A stretch of DNA of 64,000 nt from Nageia nagi (lineage: Eukaryota > Plantae > Pinophyta): assembly GCA_050084985.1 (NCBI GenBank), contig JBITNC010000001.1, positions 184,264,001 to 184,328,000 on the forward strand, read 5' to 3'. Made by a program: the position numbers and the translations under genes. The notes under the pieces were generated by a model. The model ran no database searches and was not told the DNA's origin. It saw only the letters and a list, made by a program, of their open reading frames with translations. Below, piece after piece: positions 50,974 through 64,000 of this stretch. The stretch's first letter is position 1. Each line of letters starts with the position of its first letter.

Positions 50974-51670
50974 ATGGAAAGCTACTCCCCCGAGTCCCCA
51001 CAACCGCAGTCGGACAATCGTTCTTCCCAGACAACAATCTCCGTCACCAGAAAGACGAAAGAGCGTCGCATGCGATTGGCGAATCTGGGCCTCCGATTTG
51101 CCGGGCTCCTCTTCTCCTTCTTGTCTTTCATCATCATGGCCACCAACAGCCACGACAATGGATTAATAAACTTCGACGATTACGAAGAATACAGGTAACA
51201 ACGTTAATTGGTCTATTATAATCAAATGACGGCAAATTTCTCTAATTCGCGGCGCTCTGTGTGCAGGTATTCTCTAGCCATATCAGTGCTGGCATTCGTA
51301 TACTTGGGGTTTCAGCTGGGCAAAGGGATTTATGAGATGGTTGTGGGATACGCCTTGCGGCTGGAAGTCGTATTTGCCTACGTGGATTTTATCGGCGATC
51401 AGGTTCCATCGCCGCAAACCTTTCCCAATGATCTGTTCGTTCTGTGGATTTGTACTCATGATTTGTGTGCGTATTTTGCAGGTGATGGCGTATCTGATGA
51501 TCTCCGCCGCTTCGTCGGCGGCGTCATGGACGAATCGGCTGAGAGAAGGCGGCCATTCGAACTTCACGGACATGGCCGCCGGCTCCGTCAGCATGTTATT
51601 CCTGGGCTTTGCTGTCGTGGCAACTTCCTGCTTGCTCTCGGGCTACACAGTCAGCAGGCACATCAGATGA
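50974..51670 (+). CDS. CASPL4B: CASP-like protein, subfamily 4B-like, copy 2; exons 50974-51194, 51267-51402, 51482-51670 (181 aa)
   Basis: GT-AG introns 51195-51266 and 51403-51481 in the same positions and phases as copy 1. Intact frame; ~83% aa identity to copy 1 by manual alignment (29 substitutions plus 1 indel). Confidence 0.9.
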
Positions 51671-52921
51671 CAGAGCCTATCAAAGAAGCTAAATAATGAG
51701 ATCGGAATATCTTAATCGATTTGTGTAAATTTTAGATTTTGATTTTGGCAATCTCTCTCAAGATTCAAACTTTAGCTCATACAAGGAAGATTTTTGATTT
51801 GTTACATGATTTCCTATTTCGAAACTAAGGGTTCTAATTCCTTAAGTTCCCTAATCAATATTTTATTGTACATAAATGTTCCCAATCCACTACCCTTTAG
51901 ATATCTAATTCTACTCCTACTTGTCAACAACAAAATAATTTATTGAAATAATTACCGTGGTTTGGTCAGCCATTGAAATAGTTTTATCAATATCTTAATA
52001 ACTCCCATTGACTAATTGATAAACTTAAACGCTTGTTACCATCTATCAAATCAATAATGTAACCTCATTTACACAATTTTAGTGTCTTATTAATATAATA
52101 AATCAAAATCATTACATAAAACATTATATTCTAGATATGAAACTCTTCATCCAATTCATCTAGACCATTCAGGAGTCTAACATTGGTGGTAAGGTTTCTA
52201 TTGTTGAACTTAATCAAAATAAAATCAAATAATAAATAAGTGCATACGTTTGTATCTAGATTTTATCAAATATACATAGGAATAAGATATAAATTACTTA
52301 CAAATGATATTTAAGAATGTTTTTTAGAATTTTTTTTGTTGATTTCTTTAAAAAGTATGTTAGACCTAGTCTAAATAATATTTTGGTTATGATTTATGAT
52401 AAGGTTATCAATGTTGATTTGAAATATTCTTCTACTATTATTGATACAAGTAATGGAACATTTAATTTTACGAAAGGTTTTAAGAAAAATGTAAATGTTG
52501 TAATCATTGAAGCTAAACCTCGTATTGTAATAAGAAAAATAATAAGATACTTTTTTAGAGATACATAAAGAATATCTTGCAATTCCCTTGTAATACAATA
52601 CAATCAAAATAAAAAATAAATCACAAGCTCAAGATTTTAGTAGTAATTTTCCTCCTTGGTACATAGAGAATGAATGTTGGTACATATCTCTTGGTTGTTG
52701 GTTGAGTTGGTCATCTATTGACCTTGTTGCAACCTGTTTCCCATGTTTCATTCCCAGTACGAGACATACATGTTATGTAATAGCCTACTACAAGTTGTTT
52801 GTCCCATAGATTAGTTGGTCTCCAATGGACGTTAATATAATTTATCTTTATCTTTTACTTGATAAAAAAATCATGATATAAATAAATGTGAAAAAATTTA
52901 AATATAAATAAGCAAATACAT

Positions 52922-53060
52922 AAATGAAGGAAATTTTTCTTTAAGTAATGAATCCCCCCAAGAGAACAATATGAATCATAATGAAATAAATAAAGGAATA
53001 TTTTTCATTGAAGTAATGAATCCCCTCAAAGGAACAACGTGAACCACAATGAAATAAATG
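52922..53060. repeat. ~70-bp tandem duplication
   Basis: AAGTAATGAATCCCC.CAA..GAACAA..TGAA.CA.AATGAAATAAAT occurs twice. Confidence 0.75.
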
Positions 53061-53719
53061 CTAAATATTATGTAGTAGTTGAGGCCTTTCCTTTCCTAGA
53101 ATACTTTTAGGATAAGTACAAAATACTATTAAATACTTTCCATAAAAAAATGAAGTTAGAGGTCAAATGAACCTAATCATAGTTGTTAGGATATAACTAA
53201 ACACTTCAACCCTTCCTAGTGCTCCTATTATGGATATAAAAGTTTATCATATTATGGATAAATTATATAGTATTTAACTTATGATAGCTCTTATGCAATT
53301 ATTCATGAATCCCAAAAGCATATGGATATTTTAGTATAATTTATCAAGGAACCAAATACAATATTTGATCTCATTTTTTATCTTTTACATAAAGAGTTTA
53401 ATATCTTAGAAGAAATATGATAAAAAAAATATTTGATCAAAGAAATATCCCATCTATTCTTATTGTGAATGAAATAAATGTAATATATAATATTATAATT
53501 AATGATTCTCTTTAAAGCATGTACTTTAAAAATTATCAATCCAAGTTGGTGCCCAATGTTTATATGTAATACAAGTGAAAAATATTGAATATTAGAGAAG
53601 GTTTTTCTAAAATCTAAATCACACTTTACTCAAAATCATACTTCAAAAATCTAATTCATACTTGTAAAATGAAAATCAATTGCATTTAACTATCTTTGTT
53701 GAAAGAGAACCCTTTTTGA

Positions 53720-56700
53720 GGGCAAGAAGAAAAATATATCTTAGGGTTTGGGAAAATACCTATCGAGGTTTGAAAAAATACCTGCCATAATGTGGCATAA
53801 ATGATGCTAATATCATGTCATCATGGCACATCGTTAGTAGAAGAAGACCTTCTAGAGTGTGGCATGTATAATGTTGATGTCACATCTTCATGGCATGATG
53901 TTAGTAGAAGAAGACCTATCAGAAGTAGCATGGATAACATATTGACATCTAATCTTCATGGTGTAACATTAGTAGAAGAATACCTACTAGAGTACAATAT
54001 AAATAATTTTGACATCACATCTTCATGGTGTGACATTAGCAGAAGAATACCTATCAAAGTATGACATGGATAATGTTGATGTCACATCTTCATGGTGTGG
54101 TGTTTGTAGAAGAAGACCTTCCAAAGTGCAGCATGGATAATGCTAATGTCAGGTCTTCATGATGCAACATTAGTAGAATAAAATCTATTAGAGTACAACA
54201 CAGATAATGATGATGTAACATCTTCACGACATGGTATTAGTAGAAGAAGATCTACAAGAGTGGAGTATGGATAATGCTAATGTCACATCTTCATGATGCG
54301 ATGTTAGTAGAAGTCATATCGAAGTGTGACATGGATAATCCTAATATCATGTATTTATGATACAATGCTAGTTGAAGACTATTATGAGAGTGCGATAAAT
54401 ATTATGTTGATGTCATCATATTTATAGTGCAACATCATTGATAAAGACTTGGCCTTGCAAATCATGACATAATAATTCGAATAAAGCTCTAACAATGTTG
54501 TTAAAGACTTGGTGATTATTGATATTCACCTGTAACCATCATAATGACCCAACAAGTGTCAAAATGGGACTTAAAGAGATTAGAAAAGTGGTTGGATTCA
54601 GTTATGGGAATAAAATAGTGGCAACCATGATAGTGGATGCGTCCAAGAATCATGGAGGATATGTAACCCACCCTCCAAGAGGTAAGAGTTTTTGTTACAC
54701 CACTTCTATAAATTGATAAAGAAAACCTATTGCCAGAGAATGGAGGAGTAGAAAAGGGAAAAGAGTTCCTTCATTGTCAATGTTCTAAGATGATTGTTGG
54801 GAGAAATAGAGCTAGGATCATAAAATGGAAAAGATAATGAAGGTTCACAAATGAAGAACTACTTGAGTATTAATGTGGAGAGGGTTTAGAGTCCCAAGAG
54901 CCAAAAGGTAAGGGAGCCAAAAGAAAGATAGAGTTGCGTAGCTTCAACAACTAATAAAATACCATAAGATTGGTTTTAGTGGATTTGAAGGGAGTAAGAA
55001 GATCATGGAAGCCAAAAGAGTTCAAAATATCTAGAATATTGAGGCAGTATTCTAGCTACTTATGATTGTATCTTCTAAATTATTTAATCAATAATAATAA
55101 AAAATAGAATGAAACTTAAAAAAGGGGGCATACTCTCACATTTAGAGTAACCTCTATGAATAATTATCTTATTATGCATGTTATTATAATTATGATTTTA
55201 ATTCATTTTTTGTAATCAATAGGCTCCATAGTGATTGAAGGCATAAATCTTTTAGTGAAGTATTTTTGGCTATGAAAACATAGTATATATCTTGAACATA
55301 AAATGCAAAGTATTTAATTTGTATTTGAGGATTTGTGTATGTTATAAGCATCTCATGATTACATCTTTAAAAAGTGCCCAATTTCATAGGGGATATCAAT
55401 TCCTCAAAATTATGCCTAAACATTTGGGGACCAAATGCCTACCTAATAGGGAGGCATGGCATGAAAATTAGATCAATAAAAACTTTAACAACTTACAAAA
55501 CCTAGCCATGGTGAAAGAAAAATATTACCATGAGCAAGAAGAAAAATGTATGTCGAGGTTCGAGAAAATACTTATCATGATACGACAAATATGATGTTGA
55601 TGTATTTCAATCCCCTTTTGGCACATATTTAGAGTTGGACATTAGTAGAATAATACCTATCAAAGTATGATGTGGATAATGCTAACATCATGTATTTATA
55701 ATGCAATGTTAGTTGAAGACTCTTTCCAAAGTGCAATGAAACTTATGTTGAAATGATCATCTTTACGATGTAACATAGTTGATAAAGGCCCAACCTTGCA
55801 AATCACAACATGAAAATATGGTTAAAGGTCCAACAATGTTGTTAAATACTCTACAACCATTGATATTCACTTGTAACTATTGTAACAAACCACAACATGT
55901 CAAAAGGGGAGTTAAATAATTGATAAAGTTCCAAACTTGCAAATCATGATACAACAATATGACTAAAGCTCTGACAATTTTGTTAAAGACTTGAAGAACA
56001 TTGATCTTCACCTATAGCCATCATAATAACCTAACATGTGCCAACATGAGATTTAAACAGATTTAAAAAGTGGTTGGATTTCATTATAGGAACAAAATAG
56101 TAGCAACCATGGTAGTGGATGAGTTTGAGAATTATGGAAGTCATGTAATCATCTAAGAGGAAAGAGTTTCCATTACACCACTTTGATAAATTAAGGAAGA
56201 AAACCTATTGCTAGAGAATAGAGGAGGAGAAAAGGGGAAAATAGATCTTTTGTTATCAATGGTAAAAGAAGCTTATTGGGAGAAGCAAAGCTAGGATCAT
56301 GAAATGATAATGAGAAATGAAGGTTCACAAATGAAGAAATATTGGATTAATAATGCAAAGAGGGTTCATATTCTCAAGAGCTAAGAGGTAGGGGAGCTAA
56401 AAGAAAGGTAGAGTTACATAGCTTCAATATCTAATAAAATACCATAAGATTAATTTTAATTGATATGAAGGGATCAAGGAGATCATGGAAGCTAGAAGAG
56501 TGTAAAATTTCTAAAAGACCAAGGAAGAACTTAGGTTACTTATGATTATAGCTTCTGAAGTATTTGATCAATAATAAAAAAAATAGAAAGAAAATTAAAA
56601 AGGGGATGTACTCTCACATTGAGAGGAACCTCTATAAATAACTATCATATCATGCATATTATTCTAATTATGATTTTAATACATTTTCATAATCAGTAGG

Positions 56701-56842
56701 TTGTGTAACGAATGAAGGCATAAATATTTTAGTCAATAGTTTCATATGTGAAAATAGAGTCTATGTATTGAATATAAAATGCAAAGTATAATATGTATTT
56801 GAGGATTTGTATATGATATAAGCATCTGGTGATTACCAATCA
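53720..56842 (+). mobile_element. Two tandem copies of a purine-tract plus LTR-like unit (~53720-55363 and ~55532-56842)
   Basis: Both begin G.GCAAGAAGAAAAAT.TAT..., share ~1 kb of colinear sequence and end GAGGATTTGT.TATG.TATAAGCATCT..TGATTAC. No coding domains between them. Confidence 0.6.
53790..54440. repeat. 67-bp tandem satellite (~9-10 units)
   Basis: TTAGTAGAAGAA anchors at 53834, 53901, 53969, 54036, 54103, 54170, 54237 and 54304. Confidence 0.9.
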
Positions 56843-57099
56843 TGTATTCCCTATAATTAGAAGGATTTGACGTGGTATTAAGGTGTTAATGGATACAAAC
56901 CTTAGAACTATGTTATAGGATCTCTCATCTATATGGATGTAATTTAATATATCAATGATAAAAAATCACACATTGAAGAGCCTTATAGTAGGAGCCACGT
57001 AAATTATCACATTACATAGGATAAAGAAGATTCTCAAATAAGGCCACCATGGTATTGTGGCATAATTTTACCATATGAAATTATTTGTGGTAATAATCA

Positions 57100-57352
57100 T
57101 TTACCTCCCTCTAGATATGCAACAAGTGTTATATCAATTTATCCATATATTTGAAATATCCAAAGGGATACCTCCTCCCAATAGTAAGACACATGATCCC
57201 ATTCATTATTGGTAGCTCCCAACCCAACATTTACCCTTACTAGTATCCTTACAAATGAAAAAAATAAGATTAAAAAAATGATCAAAGAGTTAAAGGATGT
57301 TGGTTTTATTCAACCTAATATTAGTTAGCTACCATTTCTCCACCCTCGTACT
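57100..57352 (+). pseudogene. Ty3/gypsy RT N-terminal fragment, cut by the next insertion
   Basis: IFEISKGIPP...PNIYPY*YPY...KMIKELKDVGFIQP, a decayed PVNxRPYRYP...EMLxxGxIxPS motif. Confidence 0.65.
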
Positions 57353-60300
57353 TGTAGACATAATTTTGTATATAATATCATCAATCTTAATCAAAATGAT
57401 TGTGTTTATCTAGACTCTCAATTTTGTGTATGTTATGTTTATGTATATGATTATATTTATTTTTTCAAAGATATTTATCTTTCTCAAATTAATGATCATT
57501 GCATATTACATAAGTATACTTAGTGTTTATCTTCATGTTAAGGTTTTGATGTCCTTATTTGCACCTAGTTTTGCTCATCCCAAATGTTATTTTCTTCTAG
57601 TTTTTATTTATCTACAAGTTTAAACATAATTAAGGCATATCCACACCTTAGGCTTTGTGACATCATCGATATCAAATCTGCTCCCTGGTGTGTAGGAATT
57701 AAGTCACTTTCATATATAGAATGAGCAATATTCATAGTTCACTATAGAATAATATTACTTTAGCAACTCCAAATAAAGCAAAAGAAAGCATATTCGTAGT
57801 TCGCTAGACACTGATATCACTTCAACAATTTTGAACCCTAAATAAAGCATAAAATGAGTAAATCTATAGTTTGCTATATGCTGATATCATCACAATGACT
57901 TCGCTCCCCAAATTCATTCAAAAGCTCAAATTTGTACTCTAAAGATTATGATGTCATCCAAAGTTATCTCGAACCCTAGTATATCAAAAGGAATATAAGT
58001 CATCACTTTTTAAAGGATGACACATGTCTCAAGAGATAAAATTTGCACTCCAAAATTGCTTATGATACTCACACCTATCTCAAACCCTAAATTATCAAAA
58101 TTGATATGAAAAAGCTCCTTCCCAAGTGCTGCTACATGCCTTCATAACTTGACTCTCCACCTTGGATGTGATGATGTCATCAAAATAAACCTTGCACCTC
58201 ATATCCTCTATAGAGCATATGCATATTTAACCACACCCTACATCAATGTAGGTTTTATAAAATAAATAACAAATTGATTCAAAAATGAAATATCAATTCT
58301 TCAACACTCTCAAAGCATCATCTATTAATAGATTTAGACTACCCATCTTGAGATTGAAGAAAAGAGGATTTCTCAGCTAGCTGACTTACTCAAACTTGAC
58401 ATGTTGAAGTTGATTGTTGGGCATGGATTGAGGTAATTAGTTCTTGAGCTACATTTTTTCTAACAATATAATCACATAAGGAAGTCAAATACTACCAAGC
58501 TCTTTATACTAACTCTAAAGTAAATCATATCAAGGAGAATTCTAGATGCTGACATCCGATTTGAAAAGATCAAACCTTAGTTCTAACTAAATATCAATTG
58601 ACAACACTCTAATCTATGGAATTTATGGCTAAACATCTAAAATCATGTCTCATACTAGGGAGTACAACCATGGAAAAAGAATATGGAAGACTTCTCTTTA
58701 AATTATAACTCCAGATCAACCTAATCTTTCCAAGATTAAATTTTCATCATATATACATGTAAATATTTATTAATAATAATCTATAGATTTTATTTTGGCA
58801 AATAGTGAGGGCTTACAATTCATATGTTGTATTAAATTTAGTAGATAGGTAAGCCATCTCATCTCTTATAAATACTTTTTATAAATACAAGTGATCTCTA
58901 CTAAATAAAAGGTAGAATATTTGTAGTAAATATTTCCCTCTGAATATTTTATGTTTGTATTTTGGTATGATGATCTTGTACTATTTATCCTCTTAGATTG
59001 TGTATGAAATATTTGTTCTTCTAGGTTTTTTTCTAATAATTATGTATCTCCTAGTAAGGAATTCATGCTTGGATTCAACTAAGGTTGTTATGTATTGTAG
59101 TCATTTTACTAGTATTAATAGCTAAGACTACCTATGGCTATAAAATTTAGATATTATTTGTACCAAAGGATCAAAAACCTTCTAATGTCCATAGTGGTGC
59201 TAAATCACCTTCTTTAACTCTATCCATTTTTACCTTTATTTTTTCTAAGACTATCCATTTCTATCTCTACATTTTTCATCCCTCAAACTCAAAATCCAAT
59301 AGATAATAAGTTGACCTTCATACAAGAGATAAGTTTACAACAAGCTTATATTATGTATTAAGGGATTACATTGGTTAAACAAGCACAAATTATACATTAC
59401 ATTAGGTAAATCAATAGTAAGTTCTAATTTGGTACATCCAATGGGACTCTGACCCATTTATTCTAAATTTATAAAGTTATTTCAATACCTTATTGTTGAC
59501 TTTGTTGTTAAGAAATCTAAAAAAAATTGCCTTTTGCTAAATTCAAGCTTTATTTTTAATCAAGTGTTGAAATTATATTCTTAGACTTGCTTTCCCATTT
59601 CTTTGTGCCTCCTCACAAGTTTTATGCTAACAAGGAGAAGAGCAAGAGAGTTAGGAGAACATCCTATATTTCTAGAACTTGATTCTAGAAGGAGACCAAG
59701 GAGATAGCCATTGCCTATTGTATATGAGATTGATGAGTTTTTACATACCACCCCTACAAACTAGCTTCTTCCTCTTCCAAATAATCCTCATTATAGGGTT
59801 TTCATGGACACCCAAGTAGCACATCCAAAGTTTTCACCATTTGATGGTGGTTATCAATTAAACTTAGCTATAAATGCTATAATCCCACAAGTTGTTGTTA
59901 AAACTAATCCTAGATTTTATGGTTTGGAGAATACTATTTCTACCTTTGATCATTGTAAAGATGTCATGAATTAGGCAAGGAACTATGATGTTACTACTAA
60001 AGATATTTTGGACTATTTACTTGCAATGTCTTTCAAAGGAAGATGGTAGATTAGTATAGATCCTTCCTAGATGCATCCATTACCACATGGGTTGATCTAA
60101 TCAAGGCCTTTATTGATGAATTTGATAAATTAATTGATCATATGTATCTACTAACTTAGTTTAATTCTATCAATAGGAATAACAAGGAGAATGTTACTAA
60201 ATTTAATAAGCATTTCAGGAAGTCATGGGCAAGAGTCCCTATTTCTATTAGACCCTAAGACTCTCAAGCTTACATGTACTATTTAAAATCTTTTCCATAT

Positions 60301-63276
60301 AAATTAGTTCACCAGATCAAGAATGAAAAGGTTCCTACTTTCTTAGAGGCATATAGAATTGCTCTATTAGTTGATTCATATTTGATAGTTGTGGGGAAGT
60401 TACGTACAAGAATTATCATACCCTATTGTCTTGAAATGCCAACTCAATCAAAGCCTCTTGCTTTGATAGCTCCACCTATTCTAGCCCCAATTCCAATTAG
60501 ATATTTTGATCCTACTATATTTATTTCTAAAACATATGAGAATCAAGAGTTTAAGGCTATTATTATAGAATTGTAGAACAAGTTTCTAAAAAGCTAAAGG
60601 TCCAACCCAGAAAGGAGGTATGAAATGTTTGAACCAAACAATCAAAGGATTCCTTATATTACAAAAGATCAAGCATCTTATTCAAGTAATTCATCAGTTC
60701 TTGCTAATACATTTGACCAAAGTTCCAAAACAAAGTATCAGTATTTGGTTTACAATGATACACATATATGAGAATCTTGTACAATCTACATTCATCACTG
60801 TAAGTGGGATAAAGAGGCTAAGCAATTGGCTTCTAAGGCTAGGAAAAATATAATAAATGAATAGGATCCGAACATTGTATGTATGCCATCCATAGTCAAT
60901 GATGTTGTCTTTCAAGTTGAAACAAGGTCTACTAGACAAGCAAATGTGGAAATCAATAGAAAAGAATAACCTTGAATATGCCAAAGACCAAATCCCTCTA
61001 TTGCATGAAGAGATGATCCTCTTGCTACATCTAGTTTAGTATCATCTAGAGAAGAATCTTCTATGAACAACATTTTGGGACCTAGGACACTACCTCCCAA
61101 ACATGAAAATGAAAGAGAGCTAGCTACAAGGAGCTTCAGGTTACCCTCAATCACTCAAAATCAAATAGAGCAAGCTTCTCAATAGTACCAGAGGAGATAC
61201 TAATCATATTATAAAGGTAGGCCTCAATCCAATTATCCTTTCAATATTTTAAATGAAATAAAGAAAGCTCCATCAAGAGACTCTATGTTTGATGCATTAT
61301 TGATTATTAGATAATTAGATTTGTTAAAAAAATCATTAAAAATATTATGATGATTTATAAAATCCCTACCATATCTTTAGCCCAATTAGAAATCATTCTT
61401 GGGATGGGTAAAAATAAACCTCCTCTATTTTATATTTCTTTGAGAATGGAAGGTTGGCTTGTACACAATTACCTTGTAGATATTAAAGCTACTACTATTG
61501 TAATGCCAAAAGTTGTTTATAAGGCTATGAGTTTAAATTACACAAGAAACACACTAGTGTTATCCACTTAGATGGTATTCTAATAATAATTATTATTGCT
61601 ATAAAAGATGTTTCTATTTCATTGCATAAACTACCACATTTTTCTTTCCCACAAGAAATTATTGTAGTTGATCTACCCCCTTTGTTTGGCCTATGTTTTT
61701 CAAGAGAGTTTATGGAAAAGATAGGGGGTTATCTTGAAAATGATTTAACTCATATGGTTGTTCCATATGGTGAGAGGAAAATAAGAATATACAATCAGAG
61801 GACTTCTCCTTATCATTTGGAAAAGTTAGATCAACTCAATATGAATCTCCTATAAGATGAAGAAGGACTTTGTAAAGACCTTTTGAGTCACAAACATGAA
61901 GAAGATGATCATTCCATTCAAATGATAGAGAAAATGAGATATGTTCATTTGGGCACATATTGTATTCTAGAACTTGACTATGTTATTCATGTTTTCACTC
62001 AATTAGAACTTAGACAAAAGCATTTATGGATAATGAATTTTAATGGAGGAAAATGTAAAAATGGTGTTGGAGCTGGTATTATTTTTTAATATCCATTTGA
62101 GTCATCAAAATGATTCTCTGTTAGACTCATATGGAATTGTATAAACAACACAACAAAGTATGAAGCTCTTTTCCTTATCTTATCAAAAGTAATTAGATTG
62201 GGAATTAAGTGCTTATCGATTATTAGAGGCTCTAAATTAATCATTAATCAAGTTACATATAAATATACTATAAAGCATCACTATCTCAAGGTTTGCAAGA
62301 GTTGATTTAAATATCTTTTAGAAAAAAAAATTTGCTTTAAACTTTCAAGTAGTTAGATGATGTCACAGCACTTTGGCTAATCAATTGGATTCTAAGGTAG
62401 CTAATTATGATGTGGCTACCCATTTCAAACCCAACAAGGAGATCAAACTAGTTTTTAGGTTATGTGTGTAATATGATGATTTCCATTGGCAAATTTTTGA
62501 CAATAATTCCCAAATTAATCAATTAAGCATTTTGTACACTCCTCTAATGAGGAAACCACCCTAGATGACTTTCAAGATAAAGAGATCATTCAACTAAATA
62601 ACAAATTCATTCTAAAAGCCCTAGTTTATTTAGAAGAAATATTTGATAGAGAGGATAGATTCATAAATTCTACTCATGAAGATCAAAAAATAAGTTACTA
62701 TGAAATTAAGGTCCTTCCCCAAAAAATGGTAAAAGTTAGAATAAATGTTGCTCCTTATGAAATATGGGATATGATCCTACTTTCTAGAGAATTTTAAGAT
62801 ATAATTGCATAGAATTATTGGGATCTCAAAACATATAATATGGATATAATTTAGCACTCAATAAAGCTTAAACAAGGAATTCTCCCTTTCATATAAAAAC
62901 AAAGAGCAAGGATTGAAGCTATGATGAAATAAGAGTTGATTAAACTAGTGGATCTAAGGATAATATTTGCTATTGAAAATACTAGTTGGGTCTCTAATCT
63001 AGTATCAGTCTAAAAGAAGAGTGGAGAGATACTCTTGTGTGTTGACTTTAGAAATATTAACTAAGCATCCTTAAAGGATCATTATCTAGTCCCACTCATG
63101 GACTAGATTTTATATATAATTGTTGGAGCATAATATTTTTCTTTGATTGATGGATTCTCAAGTTTTAATTAGATACAAGTAAAGGATAGTGACCAAAATA
63201 AGATTACATTTATAACCAAGTGGGGAACTTTTTCCTTCAAAATAATGTGCTTTTATCTCTCAAATAGTGGTGCAAC
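57353..63276 (+). mobile_element. Tat-clade Ty3/gypsy element with gag-PR-aRH-RT order (TatII-like), inactivated; continues beyond a nested LTR
   Basis: LTR starts TGTAGACA (57353, to ~59426). PBS TGGTACATCCAATGGGAC at 59430-59447 (decayed TGGCACGCCCAGTGGGAC). gag ~59900-60400; protease PPLFYISL...HNYLVD ~61420; RNase H LWIMNFNGG..GVGAGI..NN..KYEAL ~62020-62400; RT WVSNLV..KKSGEILLCVDFRN..LIDGFS ~62780-63276. Confidence 0.8.
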
Positions 63277-64000
63277 TGTAATGTTCCCATTTTTTATGTG
63301 TTCTTCCCATTCCACCCCTCATAAATGGGAACCTTAATTTAGGATTATTTTTATCCATTTTTATATAATTTGGCCAAAATGATGTAAATTCCACTTTGAG
63401 ACTTAATAAATCTCTAACTATGGAATAAATGGTTCATTTACTTATTTATTTTTATGTTAGTTAATTGATAAAATACTAATAATGTTGTATTTAAAATACC
63501 AATACAATTGTGATTATAAATACAATATTAGTATCATTAAATGAAGCATTACATATTTTATCCATAATGATTGTAATATTAGCATTTAACATGTCTCTAG
63601 TCATCAGCTTTTCCCTCTTCAAAGTATAGTATTCCCTAAGGTGATTGAATCGACTATGAGGTCATTTGGAGCTCCAAGGATGGATGTGGTACTTTGAACT
63701 AGGCATTGGCAATCTCGAGGCAAGTAGACGATCCTAGAGCATGGATGCTAGGCATGGAAGCATCCCAATACCCCACATTGGCCTTCCTAGGTATATGGAT
63801 CGATGGCATTGATCATGAGGAACTCTATTATCACGCCCTCTTAAACATTGGCATTCTTGAACATTTGATGTGATTTCACTTATCCTAAGGCTCCTCGTAT
63901 TATATGTTGGATACATGACCATACAAATCACATCTCTCCATCATCGAATCATCTCAATGCAAGATTAGAATATGATTACCCTCACCTATAAAAGGAAGAC
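63277..64000. mobile_element. LTR of a further element inserted into the RT (runs off the window)
   Basis: The RT reading ...NSGAT stops abruptly at TGTAATGTTCCC; non-coding LTR-like sequence follows. Confidence 0.6.

Noticed and set aside
52317-52607. Three overlapping AT-rich ORFs downstream of copy 2
   Set aside because: No recognisable motif; composition typical of random ORFs in ~25% GC DNA.
48135-54440. 30-bp and 67-bp arrays as CRISPR-like arrays
   Set aside because: Head-to-tail degenerate units with no unique spacers, no cas genes, eukaryotic context.

Overview
AT-rich, CpG-depleted plant nuclear DNA. It is probably gymnosperm-like; this is an inference from a PR-aRH-RT Tat-type element and the extreme C>T/G>A decay of old TEs. 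The only intact host genes are two same-strand, 3-exon CASP-like (DUF588/MARVEL, CASPL4B-type) paralogues at 1806-2592 and 50974-51670. A third, decayed relic (exon 3 plus 3' flank) lies at ~5211-5805. The rest is largely nested, inactivated retroelements. (1) An L1 fragment. (2) A Tat-like gag relic interrupted by a minus-strand Copia (11673-27548), itself interrupted by a Sirevirus-like Copia with 2.5-kb LTRs (13546-24369) carrying a 513-bp internal tandem duplication. (3) A small CACTA element. (4) A second, inverted copy of the gag relic interrupted by a deleted Ty3/gypsy element (32933-38852). (5) A gag-protease-only gypsy element (43907-50183) with an in-frame 10-aa repeat tail and two back-to-back solo LTRs, ~0.8 kb upstream of the second CASPL gene. 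(6) A tandem LTR-like pair with a 67-bp satellite. (7) A Tat-type element with RNase H placed before RT. I see no clearly new biological system. The best leads are the asymmetric evolution of the CASPL4B copies (120-bp microhomology-flanked 5' indel, exon-specific divergence) and the gag-PR-repeat element. All alignments and counts were done by eye.
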